Shown here piece by piece: positions 57,370 to 64,000 of a stretch of 64,000 bases of DNA. Position numbers and translations under genes: made by a program. The DNA lies in NCBI RefSeq assembly GCF_009914755.1, contig NC_060925.1; one strand, written 5' to 3'. The DNA comes from the human T2T-CHM13v2.0 reference genome, Homo sapiens. Below the pieces are notes generated by a model. The model was given only the letters and a program-made list of their open reading frames with translations, did not search any database and was not told the DNA's origin. Numbering within the stretch: the stretch's first letter is position 1; each line of letters begins with the position of its first letter.

Positions 57370-58120
57370 AATAACTAAAAATACGTATAAAGTTCCTACT
57401 ATGTACCCGCCACTTTGCTAGGCACCAAACATCTGTCAATGAAGAAAGCAGACAGAATCTACAGTCTTTAAGAAGCTTAACTTCTAGTGGTGGAAACAAA
57501 CATGTAACTAGTGAATTATAATAAAGAAGGTGAAGAAGTGCTATACTACAGTAAAAAGTCCAGTCTGAACATAGAGAGCAGGAACACAGAGTTTGTGTGG
57601 GGTGGGGGGTGAGGAAGATGATTCATTAATCCAGGCTAAAGTATGAAGGTAGGGAGTAGATCATCACAAGTAAAATAATTGTATCAAATAGAAAAAAAGC
57701 ATCGAAGTCAAGAACACAAATATGAAAACAAAGATAGCTCTAGGTCCATGTCCAAAACTTGAGGTTAAAAAACTTCAGATAAGGTAAAACTAAAAACAGT
57801 TCAGAATGGCTGAATCACATAATTTAATAGGAGAAGTGACTAGAGACATAGCTGTGACCAAATCAAGAAGAGCCTTGAAAACCTTCGTGGGGACTTTTCT
57901 TTATCTGGAAGGAAATATGGAGCTATGGAAGAGTTTTAGTGAGGAATAATGATCAGATCTGATTTCAGCATGATTACTACTTTTGTTGTGTGAACAGTGG
58001 TGGCCAAAGAGACTGGTTGAGGCCATAGCAGTATCCCAGTGGCATTAAGTGAGGGGAGTGGTGGTAGCAAGAAGTAAGTTCAAGGAAAATCTTTTGGGTG
58101 GACACAAGTAAAGCACTTGG
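57370..58120 (-). mobile_element. L2 fragments
   Basis: cctactatgtacccgccactttgctaggcac and atggagctatggaagagttttagtgaggaataatgatcagat. Confidence 0.7.
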
Positions 58121-58833
58121 TGTTGAAAAAGACTATTCATCTCTACAACACCTTCCTGTAGTTCCTGTTTCGTAGTGTCTACTGTGACTATTATAATTGA
58201 TTTCACTGCATTTTCCCCTTAGCCCCTTCTTTCTCATGCATTCTAAAAACAAAAATTCAAAGAAAGAAAAACTTGGCAGAAGAACATATAAAGTTTGATC
58301 AGTTACCTAAATGTGTCTTACTGGATGTTCTTTCCCTTGCATGCTTGTTTAACCTTTTTGGCACTATCATGTTTTATGAGGCTATGAGATGAAAACTATC
58401 AGAAGATGAACAATCAGAAAGAGAAAAATAAATGGGCTTCTTTAAAACAAAGACGAAGGGTCCATCTCTTCAGTTATCTATAACAGTGACTCTTAAACCT
58501 GGCTCTAGAATAAAATTACCCACAGAACTTTAAAAAAAAAAAAAGGAACTATACCCATGTCCAGCCCGTCTACCACACTACGTCCCACTCCTGAAATTGT
58601 GCAATATGGTTGTTCTTTTTGAATGTCTTATGATATTTCTGACTCAATTTAATACCAACCTAAACAACGAATTCAGATTTCTTTATTGTTTTTTAAATTC
58701 TTAGCACAGTGTTTGGGACATTGATTGTAGTAATTCAATACTTATTTAACTCACTAATAGCTACTTATTGATAGGTGTTGAGTATACTATGGGAAAAAGG
58801 TGTTTAGTCCATCAGAGCCCTTACATTGTATAG

Positions 58834-59118
58834 CATTGGCTATCAAACTTTAACTAGAGCCATATTTAAAAAATACATTTTATTTTAATGCAGTGTGAAC
58901 GTGCAAGCACACACATCAAACACACATACACACAGGTGAAAAACATTTTTCACAAAATAACACTTGCCCTAACCATAGCCAACACACTTTGATATGTTCT
59001 ATTCTATTATTTTCTGGTTATTTTTATAAAATAAAAAGGAAGAAACAATGGTTGTAACCTATTATGTCAATTTCAATACCAAACAAAGAGAGCCATCCAA
59101 TATTTTTTAAAAGCCTTG
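58834..59118. mobile_element. hAT-Charlie element (Charlie18a-like)
   Basis: cattggctatcaaacttt...aaatacatttta...cactttgatatgttctattcta. Confidence 0.5.
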
Positions 59119-59625
59119 TATAGTAGATGTTCCAATTCTACGTCTCAATATTTTCAGTAACATGCTGTCCAGGTGCTCTGATTTCAGTAAAACCACCAAA
59201 ACTTTAGAGTCTTTAACAATGACTCAATTACTGTGAAGATAACAGACTAATTTTGAATAAGACATAGGGCTTTATCTCAGTACTTAGAAGAAGCTAAACT
59301 TCTCATGGTTCAAGAGACATAAGTCTTTAGAAGTAACAATGATGTACATTCAATGAGATAATTTCCTTGGACTGTGGTAGTATTAGAGAAAACTCTAAAA
59401 ATGAGAGACTTTTCATGAGCAATATCATGCACTATAGTTAAAATCAGGAAACATGTGAACAGACTTGACTTAATACAATGGGCTTAATGAGCTATCTTCA
59501 TTATGTCATAGTTAATTAAAAATATTTTTTATTTTACACAATCTAACGTAGAATAAGATAGTAGTTATAAACACATAAGATTAATAACTATGGCATTTCC
59601 AACTACAGAAAGAGAAAGTATCTCT

Positions 59626-59919
59626 TTTTTTTTTTTTTTGTAGACGGAGTCTTGCTCTGTCAGGAGGCTGGAGTGCAGTGGTGAGATCTCGGCTCACTGC
59701 AACCTCCACCTCCCCGGTTGAAGCGATTCTCCTGCTTCAGCCTCCCAAGTAGCTGGGATTACAGGTGCACACCACCACACCCAGCTAATTTTTGTATTTT
59801 TAGTAGAGACGGGGTTTCACCATGTTGGCCAGGATGGTCTCGATCTCTTGACCTCATGATCCACCCGCCTCGGCCTCCCAAAGTGCTGGGATTACAGGTG
59901 TGAGCCACCACGCCTGGCC
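59626..59919 (-). mobile_element. AluS (Sc-like)
   Basis: Full antisense Alu with ccaggatggtctcgatctcttgacctc. Confidence 0.92.
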
Positions 59920-60059
59920 TACCATCTCCATTTTTAAAAACTACCTATGTAACCAACATGTATGCACCAGGTACTAAGAGTGTTTTCTTTGCTACTAAGT
60001 ACTTTACTGATCTCCTGTGTCAAATACTAATGATGATGCACACCTGTAACAGAGACTTT

Positions 60060-60442
60060 CATTTCTATCCTCTCTCAATATCTGTCATCCCCTTTCCCTA
60101 TGATTCTAGACGTTTGATGGGGATTATGTCCACCCAGCAAAAGGTAATACTTCCCAGCACCCTCTGCTGTTGCCATGCTTATATGATCAGGTAACAGACA
60201 ATGAGATGAAAGAAGAATTGATTTGTGTAACTTCCGGCTCATAAATATAAGACTGAAGGAGCTGCTTCCCTCTTTCCCACTTCTATTAGCATGAATGTGA
60301 ACATGGTAACTACCCACAGACCAAAGACGGAATTCAGGTTTGAAAATGGCTTACATTGTTACATGAGAAAGAACTAAACGTTTATATTGTTTTACCCTCT
60401 ATTGTTTTCTGAAACTGCCCAAATGTATATCCTAAATAATAT
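60060..60442 (+). mobile_element. Old ERVL/MaLR LTR (LTR33/MLT1-like)
   Basis: acaatgagatgaaagaagaa...gtgtaacttcc, with terminus acatgagaaagaactaaac...tatcctaaataata. Confidence 0.5.
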
Positions 60443-61900
60443 GGAATTCCTATTCTACATTTCCTCCTACAAAATCAGTGAGAAAGGGTAGATAAAATAA
60501 GTGAGTAATGTTTAATTACAATATGGAAGCAAGGTTAATGAACAAAAACATGTAAGGTTGTGTGGCTGTCCAAGTAACCGCCAGTTATATGGTAATACAA
60601 AGGTCATAAATTCCCAAATCGACACTCATGAGTGTCAAATAAACATTTCCTAGAGAATACGGCTACTTGTCTTCCACAGACTGAAGCTTTTCTTTTTGAC
60701 ATGATGAAATTTTTCTCGTATATGTTTCATACAAAATACTGAAATAGAGCATAACTGCATTCCTCACATCACTACACCAAAATGTCAAAGATTCACTTCT
60801 CAGCATGAAAATGCACAGCACATAAATATGAAAGGACTCTACATTCTAAATGCTGTATTCACACCTCAGTGCAGAGTCAAATGGAGACAACTGTATTGTG
60901 AACCAGTATAGCATTATCAAATAATATACTTAAGGGGACTTAATAGTATAAAATTAAATTAAAAAGCTGAAACACTATTGATTATTTCAGTTAGAAGGTG
61001 TTTCGTGGTTATAACTACTCAGAGTGATAAACAATTTAATTATTCCACATTTTTGGAATAATTTGCTTATGTAATTAATTTGGATATTTCAATGTATTGG
61101 TTATTTTATTGGTCCATATTCCTTCAGTACAAAGATTCTTTGTAGATGAAGTTCTTACAGATACATGTATTAATAATTGTATTAGTATATACTCAAATAA
61201 TGGAAAACATATCTTTTAGTACATTGGTGAATTTCAAATAGTTATTTGATAACATTATTAGTATTGCAGACCTAAAGCCTGATGAAATTTTTCACTTATT
61301 ACTGACCAAGCATTTTTGATCATGTGTTTATTGAGAGTAATTGGAACTTACAGACACCTGCCCAATTTCTTTACATTAAATTATCAATACAAATGTAATG
61401 TTGAAAAGTAAAGCTAAAGTCAAATATAGTATGCCTAAAAATAGAACCCAGGGAAAATATCAGATCTTGCCTCCTTCCTACTTTTGATATACACAATAAA
61501 TATAATATTGTAATTAAGATCATACAGACAGATACTAATGACAATGGCACCCAAAATTTTCTGAAAGGAAGGAGGTTCAGTTAAGACATTTAGGAGCTAG
61601 AAGACAGTGCAAATTTATATTGCTTTCCATAATTTTTTGCCTAAATAAAGGGGCTGACAGGCATGGTCTTAGAAATGGCATTTTGATAAGAAAAGTTTAG
61701 TAGACAAAGAAGCATTAATGATGACTGCACTTCAGAAAGGCAATGAAAAAGGACAGCTGCAAAACAAACATTACTCAGTGTGTGATCACTTAAAGAGATA
61801 TTATTTCGAACTTCATATTCTGAGTGTGAACTGCCGAAGAGACAGACAAAGTAAAATACAGGACGATGAGTTTATATTAAAAATGAGTAACAATTTAACA

Positions 61901-62260
61901 CAGTGGTCCCCAACCTTTTTGGCACCAAGGACCAGTTTCATGGAAGAAAATTTTTCCATGGACCGGGTTGGAGAAAGAGGATGGTATCAGGATGAAACTG
62001 TTCCACCTCAGATAATCAGGCATTAGTTACAGATTCTCATAAGGAGCATGCAACTTAGATCCTTCGCATGCCCAGTTCACAATAGAGTTTGCACTCCTAT
62101 GATAATTTAATGCCATTAGATTCTAATCTAATCTAATGCTGATCTGACAGGATGCAGAGCTCAGGCAGTAATGCTCGCTTGCCCACTATTCACCTCCTGC
62201 TGTGTGACCAGGTTCCTAACAGTATAGTACTAGTTCGTGGCCCCGAGTTTGGGGACCCCG
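61901..62260. mobile_element. MER1B hAT-Charlie MITE, complete
   Basis: TIRs cagtggtccccaa / ttggggaccccg. Perfect 8-bp TSD atttaaca at 61893-61900 / 62261-62268. Confidence 0.93.
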
Positions 62261-62962
62261 ATTTAACATACTCCATTTATATGCCGTAATTGCCCATAGT
62301 ACAAATCATATCAGAGAATGAATATGACATTCATGAGGCAAAGACTAAGTCAAGCCAACTTACTTGTTCTCTCTGGTCTCTCAGTAAACACTAAGTGGAA
62401 GAAAAATGTTAGAAAACTCATTCTCCATAACATATTTAGGCAAAATATGAGAAAACAGTATACAGTGAGTGCCTCAGGAGTAATACACTGTCTATGGGAC
62501 TTTCAGAACACTGATGAAACATTTAAAAAATTCAACCAAATAAGAAAAGTCTTTAGAAAATTTTGGAAAATGAATAGCAAAGGGAACGAGCCAACTCCAT
62601 CCTTTATGATCACTTTAATCAATTGTTTTTATCATAAAAAGAAAGCTACAGCCTCTAGACAGATTCTGAGTTTCTGGTGGTATGACTTGAAAATATTTTC
62701 TTCCTAGAGATTCTCACTGGTGATGATGGTGTGGTGAAAGAATGGGAAGATAAACATCTTGCCGAAATCTCTCCATAATTAAGGTGAAACAGCACTCCTA
62801 CTTATAAAATAGAAATTTAGTTACTTGGCCAATCATTTCTATCTGTTATTCCCTGAACAAATATAACTTTCATCACGAAAATGTCTGAAGGCAGTCATTC
62901 TTCTGGATATTGCTAGGAAATAAAAAAATACATTATAAATAAATATATTTAAGAGTAAACTA

Positions 62963-63055
<93 letters not shown>

Positions 63056-63299
63056 CTATAAGAAACAATATTTTGCATAAGAAAATTTGGCATATGATTA
63101 ATTAAAATCTTAATATTTAACATCAAAAAGAATGAAAAGTCAGCCAAAAATTCTATGAGATTCCATATAAAATGTGACAACATTTTTGTCTTTTAGTATA
63201 TAGGTTTACATACACAAAATAGTATATAAATAGAACAGGAACATGTTCTATTAAGGGCTAAATGCAGAAGAAAAGCCAGTGTCATTAAAACCATCAGTA

Positions 63300-63612
63300 A
63301 ACTTCCATAGCTTGCATAATATGTTCAAAGCACGATGTGGGGCATTTAAATAATAAGACGATAAATAAGACACATTTCCAGCATCAATGTACAGTCAAGT
63401 AGGGGCAAAAGATATACACAAATAAATGTAACATAAAACAAGCTATGATCACCACATGTGTATGAGAGTTCAGAGGCTGGGGAGATTCATTTTAGCTAAG
63501 CTTAGAAGGTTGAGAATACAGAGAAGTGGGATTTCAATAGGGCCTTTAAAAGGAAAAGACAGGATTTTGATAACGGACAGTGTCAAGGGAAAATGAATAA
63601 AGTCAGGAAGCA
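63300..63612 (-). mobile_element. L2 fragment
   Basis: aataagacacatttccagcatcaatgtacagtcaagtaggg and agagaagtgggatttcaatagggcc. Confidence 0.55.
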
Positions 63613-63614
63613 GA

Positions 63615-64000
63615 GGGTAGTCACCCCTAGTAAAAGTCACAATGCTTGGTCAGTTCCCAGACATGAGATAATTTTCACTTCTGGAACCTGCTGACCAGGG
63701 AGGTGTCAGGGTCCCTAGGAAGAAAGACCCTGAAACATCCCTACAAGTAAGTACTGTGATTCCCCTAGTCCTTTCCCAAAGGAAACTATGGTCATTTATC
63801 CAAGCAACTAAGCCCTGGAAAAAGGGGAATGATCAGACATTTCAAGGACTATTAAGCACTGGTTCTTCAGTAATACTGATACTTGGAAACATAAGAGTGG
63901 GTACTTACAGGGTGAGGTAAAAAATGGAGCCTGACTGAAGTCTAGTTCACAGTGGGCCCACTGAAACCACAACTCAGTTAGTGATCGTTCTCCTAGTCTC
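63615..64000 (+). mobile_element. ERVL internal region (gag-protease remnant), decayed
   Basis: cagttcccagacatgag...gtccctaggaagaaagaccctg...aaggggaatgatcagacatttcaaggactattaagcactggttct, which translates to KGNDQTFQGLLSTGS, a decayed LLDTGS protease motif. Confidence 0.8.

Larger units (their letters stand above)
63056..64000 (-). other. DPYD: DPYD intron 7, 3' end
   Basis: Ends in a pyrimidine tract plus TAG acceptor (ttgtttcttatag) immediately before the exon. Confidence 0.9.

Noticed and set aside
62318-62707. 129-aa ORF antisense to DPYD near exon 8
   Set aside because: No homology, promoter or splice support. Its composition mirrors A-rich intron sequence.

Overview
This is human (or great-ape) genomic DNA inside DPYD (dihydropyrimidine dehydrogenase, 1p21.3), which is transcribed on the - strand. 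The only coding sequence I can support is one 88-bp exon at 62968-63055 ([30 protein letters not shown]). It has canonical AG/GT sites and matches DPYD exon 8 (c.763-850) as I recall it. Positions 1-62967 are the AT-rich intron 8, and 63056-64000 is the 3' end of intron 7. The introns hold the usual interspersed repeats: 13 Alu elements, several L1s (including an L1PA3-like 3' end nested in an L1PA7-like copy), MaLR/ERV1/ERVL LTRs, an ERVL protease remnant, hAT DNA transposon fossils, L2 and MIR. All other ORFs in the track are repeat-derived or chance. I see no evidence of a new gene system. The notable observations are structural: a 5'-inverted Alu with twin-priming geometry, a strong Alu strand bias with one close inverted pair, locally templated insertions and palindromic repair-like scars, a perfect 16-bp hairpin, and sense-oriented LTRs that have lost their poly(A) signals. 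Repeat subfamily calls come from remembered consensus sequences, not from a RepeatMasker run.
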